A program made the translations under genes and the position numbers. This document shows, piece after piece, positions 36,889-46,599 of a stretch of DNA of 64,000 nt. The notes beneath the pieces were generated by a model, which saw nothing but the letters and a program-made list of their open reading frames with translations, ran no database searches and was not told the DNA's origin. Source of the DNA: Thermodesulfobacteriota bacterium (GTDB lineage Bacteria; Desulfobacterota; Desulfobulbia; Desulfobulbales; SURF-16); assembly GCA_039715015.1 (NCBI GenBank), contig JBDLIE010000009.1, positions 1 to 64,000 of the forward strand, in the 5' to 3' direction. The number at the start of each line of letters is the position of its first letter. Position 1 is the stretch's first letter.

Positions 36889-39675
36889 ATGGATTACAGG
36901 GATACCCTGAACCTGCCAGCAACCAAGTTTAAGATGAAGGCCAATCTTACCCAGAAAGAGCCTGAATATTTAAAGAAATGGCAAAAGGAAGATCTCTATG
37001 GCCAGGTCCAGGAGGCCACTCAGGATCGTCCTCTCTATATTCTTCACGACGGCCCTCCATACGCCAATGGCCACCTCCACATGGGCCATGCCTTTAATAA
37101 GATTTTGAAGGATATCATTCTTAAATCTAAGCGCATGTCCGGTTTTCATGCCCCCTTTGTGCCGGGCTGGGACTGCCACGGCCTGCCCATTGAGCTCAAT
37201 GTCGATAAGGAGATGGGGGCCAAGAAGAAAGAGGTGCCCAAGCTTTCTTTCCGGGCTGCCTGCCGCAAATATGCCGGCAAATGGGTGAAGACCCAGATGA
37301 AAGAGTTCCAACGCTTTGGCGTCTTGGGCGACTGGGATGACCCTTATCTAACCATCAAATATTCCTACGAGGCTGCCATTGCCAGAGAGTTTAACCGTTT
37401 TTTGATGAACGGCTCGGTGGTGCGCAGCAAAAAGCCGGTTTACTGGTGTTCGTCGTGCGTTACAGCCCTGGCTGAGGCCGAGGTCGAGTATTACGACCAC
37501 ACCTCCAACTCTATCTTCGTCAAATTTGAGTCAGAAAAGGATCTGGGCGACATTATCCCTGAGATTGCCGACAAGAAATGTTCAGTGGTGATCTGGACCA
37601 CCACCCCCTGGACCCTGCCCGCTAACATGGGCGTCGCCCTTCACCCTCAGTTTGACTATGCTGCCGTCGAGGTAGGTGGCGAGGTGCTGATCATGGCCCA
37701 GGGCCTGGTTGAAAAGGCCATGGCTGAGTTTGGCCTCGAAGACTACCAGGAGCTTGCTATTTTTTCCGGCCAGCTCCTTGAGGGCCGCAACTGCAAGCAT
37801 CCCTTCCTTGACCGTCTTTCCAAGATTGTTCTGGCTGATTACGTCACCCTGGAGACCGGTACGGGCTGTGTCCACACCGCCCCTGGTCATGGCCGTGAGG
37901 ATTACATCACCGGTCTTAATTACGACCTTGAGGTGCTGAGCCCGGTGGATAACCATGGTGTGTTCACTGAAGAGGCCGGCGCCTATGCTGGGATGAACAT
38001 TAAGGACGCCAATCCGCTGATCTGTGAAGACCTGGCCAAGAGCGGCCATCTTCTCGCTAAAAACGATATGGGCCATAGCTATCCCCATTGCTGGCGCTGC
38101 AAGAAGCCGGTGATCTTCCGGGCCACCGAGCAGTGGTTCATCGGCATGGAGACCAATAACCTGCGTGACAAGGCCCTGGCCGCCATCAAGGAGGTGGAGT
38201 GGACGCCGAGCTGGGGCATGGAGCGCATCCACGGCATGGTGGAAAATAGGCCAGACTGGTGTCTATCACGGCAACGGGCCTGGGGCGTACCCATCACCGC
38301 CATTATCTGTGAGAAATGCGGCGATATCATGAACACCGAAAAGGTCAATGAGCGCATTGACGAACTTTTCCTGAAAGAGGGGGCCGATGCCTGGTTTAGC
38401 CATGATGTCACTGATTTCATCGGCAAGGACACCGTGTGCTGGTGCGGCTCCACCGATTTCCACAAGGAAGAAGATATCCTTGATGTCTGGTTTGATTCCG
38501 GAGTCAGTTACGCCGCTGTTCTTGAGGAGCGCGGTCTGGCCATCCCTGCTGATCTGTATCTTGAAGGATCAGACCAGCATCGTGGTTGGTTCCAGAGTTC
38601 GCTCCTGGCCTCGGTGGGAACCCGCGGCACCGCCCCCTATAAGGGCGTGCTCACCCATGGCTTTGTGGTGGATAAGGATGGCAAGAAAATGTCCAAATCG
38701 GTGGGCAATGTCATCGCCCCTGAAGAGATCATTAAAAAATATGGGGCAGAGATCCTTCGCCTCTGGGTATCCTCCGAGGATTACAGCGATGATATCAAGA
38801 TTTCTGAGGAGATCTTAAAGCAGCTCTCCGACGCCTATCGGAAGATCAGAAATACCATCCGTTATCTGCTTAGCAATCTCGGCGATTTTAATCCAGCCAC
38901 TGATGGCGTTGCCTTTGATGATATGGAAGAGCTTGACCGCTGGGCCTTGAGCCAGTACGAGCGCATGAAGCGCCGGGTTAAAAACGGCTACGATTCCTAT
39001 GATTTTCACCATGTCTTCCATGGTCTCCAACATTTCTGCACGGTGACCATGAGTAATTTTTACCTCGATATCATCAAGGACCGCCTCTATTCGGAGCTGC
39101 CTGCCTCCCGCCTGCGCCGCTCTGTCCAGACCGTACTCTACGAGGTCCTGGTGGGCATGCTGAAATTGATGACCCCGGTGGCGAGTTTTACGGCTGTGGA
39201 GTCCTGGGAGTATTTGCCTGAAGATGACAACCGAGAGGAAAACATTTTCACATCTCTCTTTCCCGAGGAAAATGACGCCTATCTCCAGGACGAGCTCCAT
39301 ACCACCTGGCAACGCCTGCAGGATGTTCGCGGTGAGATTACCAAGGTCCTGGAGACCGCCCGCCGTGAGAAGACCATCGGTCACCCTTTGGAGGCTGAGG
39401 TTATCCTTGCTGCTGGTGATGATCTGGCTAAATTTTTGGCCGATAAATGGCAGACCCTGGAGATGATTTCCAATGTTTCCGTTTTGACCCAGGTCGATGG
39501 AGCGCCTGCCGGTGCCGTGGCCAGCGAGGAGATTGAAGGTCTCCATGTCCTGGTCAAGCCGGCCAGTGGTGATAAGTGCGAACGCTGCTGGACCCGCAGT
39601 GAGAGTGTGGGCCAGGATGGCGAACATTCCACTATCTGCTCTCGTTGTCTTGGCGTGGTAAAAGAACTCTCATAA
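36889..39675 (+). CDS. ileS: Isoleucyl-tRNA synthetase (type 1)
   Basis: LHDGPPYANG-HLHMGH, IWTTTPWTLP, GTGCVHTAPGHG, KMSKS, C-terminal KCERCW zinc finger; start MDYRDTLNLP. Confidence 0.97.
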   Translation: MDYRDTLNLPATKFKMKANLTQKEPEYLKKWQKEDLYGQVQEATQDRPLYILHDGPPYANGHLHMGHAFNKILKDIILKSKRMSGFHAPFVPGWDCHGLPIELNVDKEMGAKKKEVPKLSFRAACRKYAGKWVKTQMKEFQRFGVLGDWDDPYLTIKYSYEAAIAREFNRFLMNGSVVRSKKPVYWCSSCVTALAEAEVEYYDHTSNSIFVKFESEKDLGDIIPEIADKKCSVVIWTTTPWTLPANMGVALHPQFDYAAVEVGGEVLIMAQGLVEKAMAEFGLEDYQELAIFSGQLLEGRNCKHPFLDRLSKIVLADYVTLETGTGCVHTAPGHGREDYITGLNYDLEVLSPVDNHGVFTEEAGAYAGMNIKDANPLICEDLAKSGHLLAKNDMGHSYPHCWRCKKPVIFRATEQWFIGMETNNLRDKALAAIKEVEWTPSWGMERIHGMVENRPDWCLSRQRAWGVPITAIICEKCGDIMNTEKVNERIDELFLKEGADAWFSHDVTDFIGKDTVCWCGSTDFHKEEDILDVWFDSGVSYAAVLEERGLAIPADLYLEGSDQHRGWFQSSLLASVGTRGTAPYKGVLTHGFVVDKDGKKMSKSVGNVIAPEEIIKKYGAEILRLWVSSEDYSDDIKISEEILKQLSDAYRKIRNTIRYLLSNLGDFNPATDGVAFDDMEELDRWALSQYERMKRRVKNGYDSYDFHHVFHGLQHFCTVTMSNFYLDIIKDRLYSELPASRLRRSVQTVLYEVLVGMLKLMTPVASFTAVESWEYLPEDDNREENIFTSLFPEENDAYLQDELHTTWQRLQDVRGEITKVLETARREKTIGHPLEAEVILAAGDDLAKFLADKWQTLEMISNVSVLTQVDGAPAGAVASEEIEGLHVLVKPASGDKCERCWTRSESVGQDGEHSTICSRCLGVVKELS

Positions 39676-39774
39676 TAAGGATGAAGGCAGCTCGCCCCAT
39701 CCTTTTTCATCCATCAACCTTCATCCTTGTTAATAATGTCATTCCAAGCAACCCGGCAAAATATCAATTTGGCC

Positions 39775-40269
39775 ATGCGCCGTTTTTACTTTATGCTCTC
39801 CATTATTTGGGGCGTGGTGGCCCTCGACCAGGCCACGAAATGGTGGATCATGGGGACCTTTAAGCTCTATGAGCTGCGCGAGGTGATTCCGGGTTTTTTT
39901 AACCTGGTCTACCTCCGCAACAGTGGTGCTGCCTTTAGCCTGCTGGCCTCGGCGGATGGAGCCTGGAAACAGTGGTTTTTTATAGCAGTTGCCGTGGGTG
40001 CCTTAGGTTTTATCCTTTTTCTCTTTAAGCAGTATTGCGCCAGCAACATGACTTATACTATAGCCCTTGGTCTCATTGGCGGCGGGGCTGTCGGTAATCT
40101 CATCGATCGCCTCCGCTTTGGTTCGGTGGTGGATTTTCTGGACTTTTATGTGTCTGGCCACCATTGGCCCGCCTTCAACGTGGCTGATTCCGCCATCTGT
40201 GTGGGGGTGGGACTCTTTTTGTACAGAAACCTGCGAGATGGCAACCCGGCCGAGGAACAACAGGATTAG
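39775..40269 (+). CDS. lspA: Lipoprotein signal peptidase II
   Basis: DQATK, NSGAAFS, GAVGNLIDR, VVDFLD, FNVADSAI. Confidence 0.95.
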   Translation: MRRFYFMLSIIWGVVALDQATKWWIMGTFKLYELREVIPGFFNLVYLRNSGAAFSLLASADGAWKQWFFIAVAVGALGFILFLFKQYCASNMTYTIALGLIGGGAVGNLIDRLRFGSVVDFLDFYVSGHHWPAFNVADSAICVGVGLFLYRNLRDGNPAEEQQD

Positions 40270-40386
40270 TTTTGACCCCGGAATCCACGGAACCAGCAGA
40301 AAGGTTTTGTTTTTTCTGTGTTTGCCGTGGCAAGTAGAAAATGTCAGCACTGCCCGTGTTGATTTGATCTTATAGGAGTGTAAAAA

Positions 40387-41322
40387 ATGTCGAAAATAGC
40401 AATTCTCTTTCCCGGCCAGGGTTCTCAGTCTGTTGGAATGGGTAAAGATTTTCTTGAGGCTGACAGCGATGCCCAGGCCCTGATGGCCAAGGCTGAAGAT
40501 ATTTCAGGATTTCCTCTTAAGGAGCTCTGTCTGGAAGGTCCCATGGCGGATCTCACCCGGACTCTGCACCTGCAGCCTGCCATGACGGTATTGAACCTCA
40601 TCTGCTGGCAGGCCTTGGCCAAAGCGGGTGTCAAAGGTGACTTTTATGCCGGCCACTCCTTGGGTGAATACGCCGCCCTCTATGCATCCGGTGTACTCTC
40701 AGCCGAGGACACCCTGAAGCTGGTAACCGAGAGGGGCAGACTTATGGAACGGGAGGCCACCGCCAACCCAGGTGCCATGAGCGCCATCTTGAAGCTCGGT
40801 ATTGATGAGGTCGAAGAGGTTGTTGCCGCCAGTAAAGGCAAAGGAGAGGTGACTGCCGCCAATTATAATTCGGCTCAGCAGATTGTTATCTCCGGCGAAA
40901 AGGTTGCCGTGGAGGCCGCCGGGGCCTTGGCCGCTGAAAAGGGCGGTAAGGCTATCCCCTTGCCAGTAAGCGGCGCTTGGCACTCAAAACTTATTGCCGG
41001 GGCCATCCCTGACTTTGAAAAGGCCATGGCTGCCGTAACTTTTAACAGCCCCCAGGGCAACATGCTCTTTAATGTGACCGCCGCCCCGGAGACTGATCCG
41101 GAAGCCATCCGCGCCATCATGAGCGAACAGATTGCTGCCATGGTTAAATGGTACGAAATCATTATGAGCATGTACGAGCAGGGCGCCACCACCTTCATCG
41201 AAGTCGGTCCCAAGAAGGTGCTCACCGGTCTCATGAAAAAACTCTTGCCGGCCGGCCATAATTGCACCTGTCTGCAGGTCGAAGATCCTGCTGGTGTGGC
41301 AGCCTGTCTTGAGAAGATTTAA
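40387..41322 (+). CDS. fabD: Malonyl-CoA:ACP transacylase
   Basis: LFPGQGSQ, GHSLGEY, VSGAWHS, EVGPKKVLTGL. Confidence 0.93.
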   Translation: MSKIAILFPGQGSQSVGMGKDFLEADSDAQALMAKAEDISGFPLKELCLEGPMADLTRTLHLQPAMTVLNLICWQALAKAGVKGDFYAGHSLGEYAALYASGVLSAEDTLKLVTERGRLMEREATANPGAMSAILKLGIDEVEEVVAASKGKGEVTAANYNSAQQIVISGEKVAVEAAGALAAEKGGKAIPLPVSGAWHSKLIAGAIPDFEKAMAAVTFNSPQGNMLFNVTAAPETDPEAIRAIMSEQIAAMVKWYEIIMSMYEQGATTFIEVGPKKVLTGLMKKLLPAGHNCTCLQVEDPAGVAACLEKI

Positions 41323-41347
41323 GGCGCTGAAGCCCGGTTTTAAACAC

Positions 41348-41376
41348 TTGACATCCACTGGCAGACCAAGTATTTT
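41348..41376 (+). promoter_or_regulatory. Sigma70 promoter of ffh
   Basis: TTGACA-N17-TATTTT. Confidence 0.7.
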
Positions 41377-41466
41377 CTCCTGTTTCCGTACCCAGGTGTA
41401 AGGGTGCGCCCAACGCAGGCCTTTATATATTGTTAACAACAGCGCTCCGGCGCTTATTGTATAAAA

Positions 41467-42828
41467 ATGTTTGATAATCTTTCCGATCGCCTCAATAAAG
41501 TATTCCGTGACCTGCGCGGCCACGGCAAGCTCTCTGAAAAGAATATTCAGGAAGCCTTAAAAGAAGTACGCATGGCCCTCCTTGAGGCCGATGTCAACTT
41601 CAAGGTGGTCAAGGATTTTATCGCCTCGGTTGGCCAGAAGGCAGTGGGCCGCGAGGTTACTGAAAGTCTTTCTCCGGGCCAGCAGGTTGTTAAGGTCGTC
41701 CATGATGAGCTTGTCGAGCTCTTAGGTGGTCAGGCCGAGCCCCTGCAGCTTGGCGGCAAAAGCCCCGCCATCATTATGATGGTTGGTCTGCAAGGTTCCG
41801 GTAAAACAACCTCTTCCGGTAAGCTTGCGAAATTATTGACTAAGCAAGGGCGCCGTCCATACCTGGTCCCTGCTGACGTGTACCGCCCAGCTGCTATCGA
41901 GCAGCTCACTGTTCTTGGCAAGACCCTGGATATTCCGGTCCATCCCTCCAAGACGGAGCAGGACCCGGTCACCATCGCCAAAAACGCTGTGCTGGTGGCC
42001 CAAAAGAGTAATTACGACACCCTGCTTATTGATACGGCAGGCCGCCTCCATGTTGATAAATCTCTCATGGAGGAGTTGCAGAACATCAAGGCAGCGGTGA
42101 AGCCGTCCGAGATCCTGTTTGTGGCAGATGCCATGACCGGTCAGGATGCCGTCACTGTTGCCGATAAATTTAATCAGGACCTGGCTATTTCCGGAGTCCT
42201 GCTCACCAAGATGGAGGGTGATGCCCGCGGCGGTGCGGCGCTTTCCATTAAGAAGGTGACCCAGCGCCCCATCAAGTTTGTAGGCGTGGGTGAAGAGCTT
42301 GATGCCCTGGAGGTCTTCCACCCTGACCGGGTGGCCTCCCGTATTCTTGGCATGGGCGATATCCTCACCCTTATTGAAAAGGCTGAGGAGGTTGTTGACA
42401 AGAAACAGGCCGACAAACTGGCCAAGAAGATCCGCAAGGATGCCTTTACCCTGGAAGATTTTCTCGGCCAGATCCAGCAGATCAAGAAAATGGGCTCCCT
42501 GGAGCAGATCATGGGGATGATTCCAGGCCTGGGTAAGATGCAACAGATGCAGAACATGCCAAAGCCCGATGAGAAAGAGCTTGGCAAGGTGGAGGCGGTC
42601 ATCAGCTCCATGACAGCCGATGAGCGCCGCAAGCACCAGATCATCAACGCCAGCCGCCGGCAACGTATTGCCAGAGGTAGCGGTACCACGGTGCAGGATG
42701 TTAACAAGGTGATTAAAAGCTACACTGAAATGCTCAAGATGATGAAGAAGATGAAGGGCAAAATGGGTGTCGGTAAAGCCGTTGGCGGCAAAAAGAGGCG
42801 CAAGCGGCCAAAGGGATTAATGAGATAG
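41467..42828 (+). CDS. ffh: Signal recognition particle protein
   Basis: LLEADVN, GLQGSGKTT, DTAGR, DARGGAALS, Met-rich M domain. Confidence 0.97.
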   Translation: MFDNLSDRLNKVFRDLRGHGKLSEKNIQEALKEVRMALLEADVNFKVVKDFIASVGQKAVGREVTESLSPGQQVVKVVHDELVELLGGQAEPLQLGGKSPAIIMMVGLQGSGKTTSSGKLAKLLTKQGRRPYLVPADVYRPAAIEQLTVLGKTLDIPVHPSKTEQDPVTIAKNAVLVAQKSNYDTLLIDTAGRLHVDKSLMEELQNIKAAVKPSEILFVADAMTGQDAVTVADKFNQDLAISGVLLTKMEGDARGGAALSIKKVTQRPIKFVGVGEELDALEVFHPDRVASRILGMGDILTLIEKAEEVVDKKQADKLAKKIRKDAFTLEDFLGQIQQIKKMGSLEQIMGMIPGLGKMQQMQNMPKPDEKELGKVEAVISSMTADERRKHQIINASRRQRIARGSGTTVQDVNKVIKSYTEMLKMMKKMKGKMGVGKAVGGKKRRKRPKGLMR

Positions 42829-42954
42829 ATGGACGGCTTGCATGCGAGCGGTTCTTCTTTAACGATAGAATAAAGATTAGTTGTACTATAAATAAAGGGT
42901 TTTCGCGGTGCTGGTTTCAGACACCTCCGGCAAAACTCTCTTAAGGAGAAAAAC

Positions 42955-43197
42955 ATGGCTGTAAAAATTCGTATGACCAGAATGGGGAAGAAGAAAAAGC
43001 CTTTTTACCGTATCGTGGCTGCAAACTCTGAAGCTCCTCGTGATGGTAAGTTTTTGGATATTGTCGGCACCTATGATCCTTTGCAGGACCCTGCCGTCGT
43101 TACCTGGCATAAAGACAAGCTTCAGCATTGGCTGGACCAGGGCGCCACCCCTTCCACCACCGTCAAGAGCCTGATGGCTAAGGAAGCTGCTGAATAA
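42955..43197 (+). CDS. rpsP: 30S ribosomal protein S16
   Basis: MAVKIRMTRMGKKKKPFYRIV…PRDG…G.YDP. Confidence 0.97.
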   Translation: MAVKIRMTRMGKKKKPFYRIVAANSEAPRDGKFLDIVGTYDPLQDPAVVTWHKDKLQHWLDQGATPSTTVKSLMAKEAAE

Positions 43198-43428
43198 ATG
43201 CAGGAGCTTATCCGCCATATTGCCACTGCCCTGGTGGAAGACCAGGATAGTGTAGAGGTCAAAGAGGTTGACCAGGAAGATGGCCAGGTCATTGAGCTTC
43301 ATGTGGCCCCGGACGATCTTGGCAAGGTAATTGGCAAGCAGGGCCGCACAGCCCGGGCCATGCGCTCGTTGCTGGCTGCAGCCACTGCCGGCAGTGATAA
43401 GATTATCCGTCTGGAAATCGTTGAATAG
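43198..43428 (+). CDS. khpA: KH-domain RNA-binding protein
   Basis: DLGKVIGKQGRTARAMR; between rpsP and rimM. Confidence 0.92.
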   Translation: MQELIRHIATALVEDQDSVEVKEVDQEDGQVIELHVAPDDLGKVIGKQGRTARAMRSLLAAATAGSDKIIRLEIVE

Positions 43429-43431
43429 CAA

Positions 43432-43977
43432 GTGGCCGGCGACAAGGTGCCAGAGCCTGCAGGCCTTGTCCATGTCGGCAAGGTCACTAAGCCCCACGGT
43501 ATTCGTGGTGAGGTGAAGATATATAGCCTGTCCGGCCAGCCGGAGAATTTCCGAGACTATCCTCAGCTCATTCTTGTTGATGAAGGTGGGGAGCGCCGGG
43601 AATATAAGGTTGGCAAGTTCCGGGTTCAGGGTAATTTTGCTGTGGTTGGTCTTCCTGGTGTTGCGGACCGCAACAGCGCCGCAGAGCTTGTTGGCTGCCA
43701 GGTCTGGGTTGGTGAGGACTATCTCGTCCCCTTAGATGAGGATGAGTTCTACTGGCATGATGTCATGGGCGCCGAGGTGGTGGACCTGGACGGCAACTCC
43801 CTGGGGAGATTAGTCTCTCTTCTTGCCACAGGCGGAGCTGATTTAATGGTGGTTCGGCAGAATGAGGAAGAGGTGCTTATTCCCAGTCAGCCGGAATTTT
43901 TAGTAGAAATCGGACCGGAGAAGATCATTGTTGATCTGCCTCCTGGTTTACTTGATATCAACCGGAGGGATACCTGA
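43432..43977 (+). CDS. rimM: Ribosome maturation factor
   Basis: VGKVTKPHGIRGEV, DRNSA, EFYWHD, LIP. Confidence 0.94.
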   Translation: MAGDKVPEPAGLVHVGKVTKPHGIRGEVKIYSLSGQPENFRDYPQLILVDEGGERREYKVGKFRVQGNFAVVGLPGVADRNSAAELVGCQVWVGEDYLVPLDEDEFYWHDVMGAEVVDLDGNSLGRLVSLLATGGADLMVVRQNEEEVLIPSQPEFLVEIGPEKIIVDLPPGLLDINRRDT

Positions 43978-44008
43978 AACAACTCATTGTCTAGGGTGGC
44001 CCGAAAAA

Positions 44009-44740
44009 ATGAGCCTTCGTTTTGATGTTTTGACCATCTTTCCGGACCTGCTTTCCTCTCCACTGGAGGAGGGAATTATTCGCAGGGCCAAGAAGGATGG
44101 TAAAATCGAGGTTGGTATCACCAATATCCGTGATTTTGCCACGGATAAACATGCCATGACCGATGACCGCCCCTTTGGCGGTGGCGAAGGTATGGTCATG
44201 AAGCCGGAGCCTCTTACCGCTGCCACCAACAAGGCGAGGGGAGCAAGAAACGGCAAGGTCGTCTTGCTCAGCCCCCAGGGCCGGCGTTTCGACCAGCAGG
44301 TGGCGGAAGAATTTGCAGGATTGTCTCATCTCATCTTGGTTTGTGGGCGCTATGAGGGTATTGACCAGCGTTACATTGACCAGCAGGTTGATGAAGAGAT
44401 ATCCATTGGTGACTTTATCCTCACCGGCGGTGAGCTGGGTGCCATGCTCATCATTGATGCGGTGACACGATTATTGCCAGGAGTCCTTGGCTGTGCTGAC
44501 TCGGTAAGTGGTGACACTTTCAGCCGGGGCAGCCTGAAATATCCGCAGTATACCCGGCCCCGGGTCTTTGCGGACCAGGAAGTGCCTGAGGTTTTGCTCT
44601 CTGGTGATCATGCCAAGATTGAGCAGTGGCGCTGGCTGCAGGCAGTGGAAAAGACAAAAAAAAGGCGGCCGGATCTCTTTGCGACCATGGAGTTTTCCAG
44701 CAAAGAGCTCAAACTGCTAAAAAAGCACGGCATTTTGTAG
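44009..44740 (+). CDS. trmD: tRNA (guanine-N1)-methyltransferase
   Basis: FDVLTIFP, DDRPFGGGEGMVMK, CGRYEGID, SIGDFILTGGE, YPQYTRP, VLLSGDH. Confidence 0.97.
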   Translation: MSLRFDVLTIFPDLLSSPLEEGIIRRAKKDGKIEVGITNIRDFATDKHAMTDDRPFGGGEGMVMKPEPLTAATNKARGARNGKVVLLSPQGRRFDQQVAEEFAGLSHLILVCGRYEGIDQRYIDQQVDEEISIGDFILTGGELGAMLIIDAVTRLLPGVLGCADSVSGDTFSRGSLKYPQYTRPRVFADQEVPEVLLSGDHAKIEQWRWLQAVEKTKKRRPDLFATMEFSSKELKLLKKHGIL

Positions 44741-44766
44741 CAAGCCGTGAGTGGCAATGTGGTTCT

Positions 44767-45324
44767 ATGCTGGATATCGCCCTTATTCATTATCCGGTAT
44801 ACAACAAGAATCGGGAGATTATTGGTTCGGCAGTTACCAACCTTGATCTCCATGATCTGGCCCGGGCAGGTCGAACTTACGGGGTGGGCACTGTATATAT
44901 CGTCACCCCCTTTGCCGACCAGCAGGAGCTGGTGAAAGAGATTGTCGGTCATTGGCAGGATGGTTACGGTGCCACCTACAATAAGGATCGTAAAGAGGCC
45001 TTGGCCGTTATTGAGATCTGTACGGACCTTGAAGAGCTTTTTGAACGGGTGACAACGGCCAGGCAGGGGCGGCCAACCATTTTGGCCACCGCCGCAGCCT
45101 GCCAGGGCAAGACTAGGTCCTTCCAGGATGTCAGGGGCGAAGTAGACAAAGGGCAGAACTTTCTACTTCTCTTCGGAACCGCCTGGGGACTAAGTGAAGA
45201 AGTTTTTGCCCAGGTGGACGGCAGTTTGCCACCCATCACCGGAACCGGCGACTATAACCATCTTTCGGTACGGTCAGCAGTTTCCATTATGTTGGATAGA
45301 ATTCTCGGACAACGAGATTTATAA
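44767..45324 (+). CDS. SPOUT RNA methyltransferase (DUF2168/Tm1570-like)
   Basis: IALIHYPV…SAVTNLDLHDLAR, FGTAWGL, YNHLSVRSAVSIMLDR. Confidence 0.88.
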   Translation: MLDIALIHYPVYNKNREIIGSAVTNLDLHDLARAGRTYGVGTVYIVTPFADQQELVKEIVGHWQDGYGATYNKDRKEALAVIEICTDLEELFERVTTARQGRPTILATAAACQGKTRSFQDVRGEVDKGQNFLLLFGTAWGLSEEVFAQVDGSLPPITGTGDYNHLSVRSAVSIMLDRILGQRDL

Positions 45325-45374
45325 GATAAATAGCCGGTCATGACCGGATAAACACAACAAAGAGAGTGATAGTA

Positions 45375-45722
45375 ATGAGCATCATCGAGCAGATTGAAAA
45401 AGAAAATATGAAGTTTGATCTCCCGGACTTCCGTTCCGGTGATACCGTCAAGGTGCATATCCGTATTATTGAGGGTGCCAAAGAAAGGATTCAGATCTTC
45501 GAAGGCGTGGTTATCGGCCGTAAAAATGGCGGTATGGGAGCCAATTTCACCGTTCGCAAGATCTCCCACGGTGTTGGCGTAGAGAAGATTTTTGCCCTCC
45601 ATAATCCCCGTCTTGAGAAGATTGAGGTGGTTACCCAGGGTCGTGTTCGCCGTTCCAAGCTCTACTATCTGCGCGACCTGCGTGGTAAGGCGGCTCGTAT
45701 TAAGGAGCGCGGCGTTAATTAG
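45375..45722 (+). CDS. rplS: 50S ribosomal protein L19
   Basis: [27 protein letters not shown]. Confidence 0.97.
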   Translation: MSIIEQIEKENMKFDLPDFRSGDTVKVHIRIIEGAKERIQIFEGVVIGRKNGGMGANFTVRKISHGVGVEKIFALHNPRLEKIEVVTQGRVRRSKLYYLRDLRGKAARIKERGVN

Positions 45723-45856
45723 TGCCGGAAATGGCCATTTGATCCGATCTCTGCGTCACAGGAAAATGAATAATGCTCACATATGGTTATATGCTGCGCT
45801 TATTAATTTCCCTGTTCCTTGATCTCAAATCAAATGACCTATTTCTGAACGGACAC
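45722..45856. mobile_element. Non-autonomous palindromic element (MITE-like), 135 bp, TTA target duplication
   Basis: Long imperfect palindrome centred on CATAT-ggtt-ATATG; ends GTG-CCG…/…CGGACAC; flanked by TTA at 45719-21 and 45857-59. Confidence 0.65.
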
Positions 45857-45919
45857 TTAGGTGGTTGTTAGTTCGATTTGAGGTGCGCTCCGTAAGGGGC
45901 AGGTGACCTCGCTTCTATG

Positions 45920-45967
45920 AAGGCGCGAGTGCAGCGTGGTGTCAACCTCTGCATTTGCGCCTTTTTT
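45920..45967 (+). terminator. Terminator of the rpsP-rplS operon
   Basis: AAGGCGCGAGTGCAG…CTGCATTTGCGCCTT followed by T-tract. Confidence 0.7.
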
Positions 45968-45978
45968 ATGTGGTGGTA

Positions 45979-46599
45979 ATGGATAATAAGCCTATCATAG
46001 ATACTTTCTCCTTTGAGCGCCGTTTGCACCAGGATGGCTTGATGCCGGTGGCTGGAGTGGATGAGGCTGGTCGAGGTCCTTTGGCAGGGCCGGTGGTGGC
46101 TGGCGCGGTTATTCTTACTGCTGATCTGGACCATACTCCCTTTAAGGATTCAAAAAAGATGACGGCAAAGGGCCGGGAAAAGGTCTTTGCTCTTCTTGAG
46201 GAACTCCAGGTTCCCATGGCTGTGGGTATCTGTTCGGCCCAGGAAATCGATGAAATAAACATCCTGCAGGCCTCACTCCTGGCCATGAAAAGGGCGGTTG
46301 CAGAACTCTCTCAGTCCCCCGCTTTTTTGCTGGTGGATGGCAAATTTACCATTAAGATGGATCTCCCCCAAGAGGCCTTGATTAAAGGCGAGTCCAAGAG
46401 CGCCTCCATTGCTGCGGCATCAATAGTTGCCAAGGTCACCCGGGACCGCTTGATGTTTGACTATGATGTGCAATATCCTCTATATAATTTCAAGCAGCAT
46501 AAGGGCTACCCGACCAAGGCCCATAAGGCCGTTATTGCCGAACACGGCCCCTGTCCCATCCATCGCCTCAGTTTTAAAGGCGTTCAGGAGCATGTCTGA
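45979..46599 (+). CDS. rnhB: Ribonuclease HII
   Basis: GVDEAGRGPLAGPV, DSKK, LVDG, IAAASIVAKVTRD, HKGYPT. Confidence 0.96.
   Translation: MDNKPIIDTFSFERRLHQDGLMPVAGVDEAGRGPLAGPVVAGAVILTADLDHTPFKDSKKMTAKGREKVFALLEELQVPMAVGICSAQEIDEINILQASLLAMKRAVAELSQSPAFLLVDGKFTIKMDLPQEALIKGESKSASIAAASIVAKVTRDRLMFDYDVQYPLYNFKQHKGYPTKAHKAVIAEHGPCPIHRLSFKGVQEHV

Noticed and set aside
41377..41466. SRP (4.5S) RNA upstream of ffh
   Set aside because: Conserved domain IV (CAGG…GGAA…AGCAG) not present.
42955..43977. rpsP, khpA and rimM in one frame separated by single stops (read-through polyprotein)
   Set aside because: Same-frame adjacency is common by chance in tight operons; no recoding signal, and all three are known as separate proteins.
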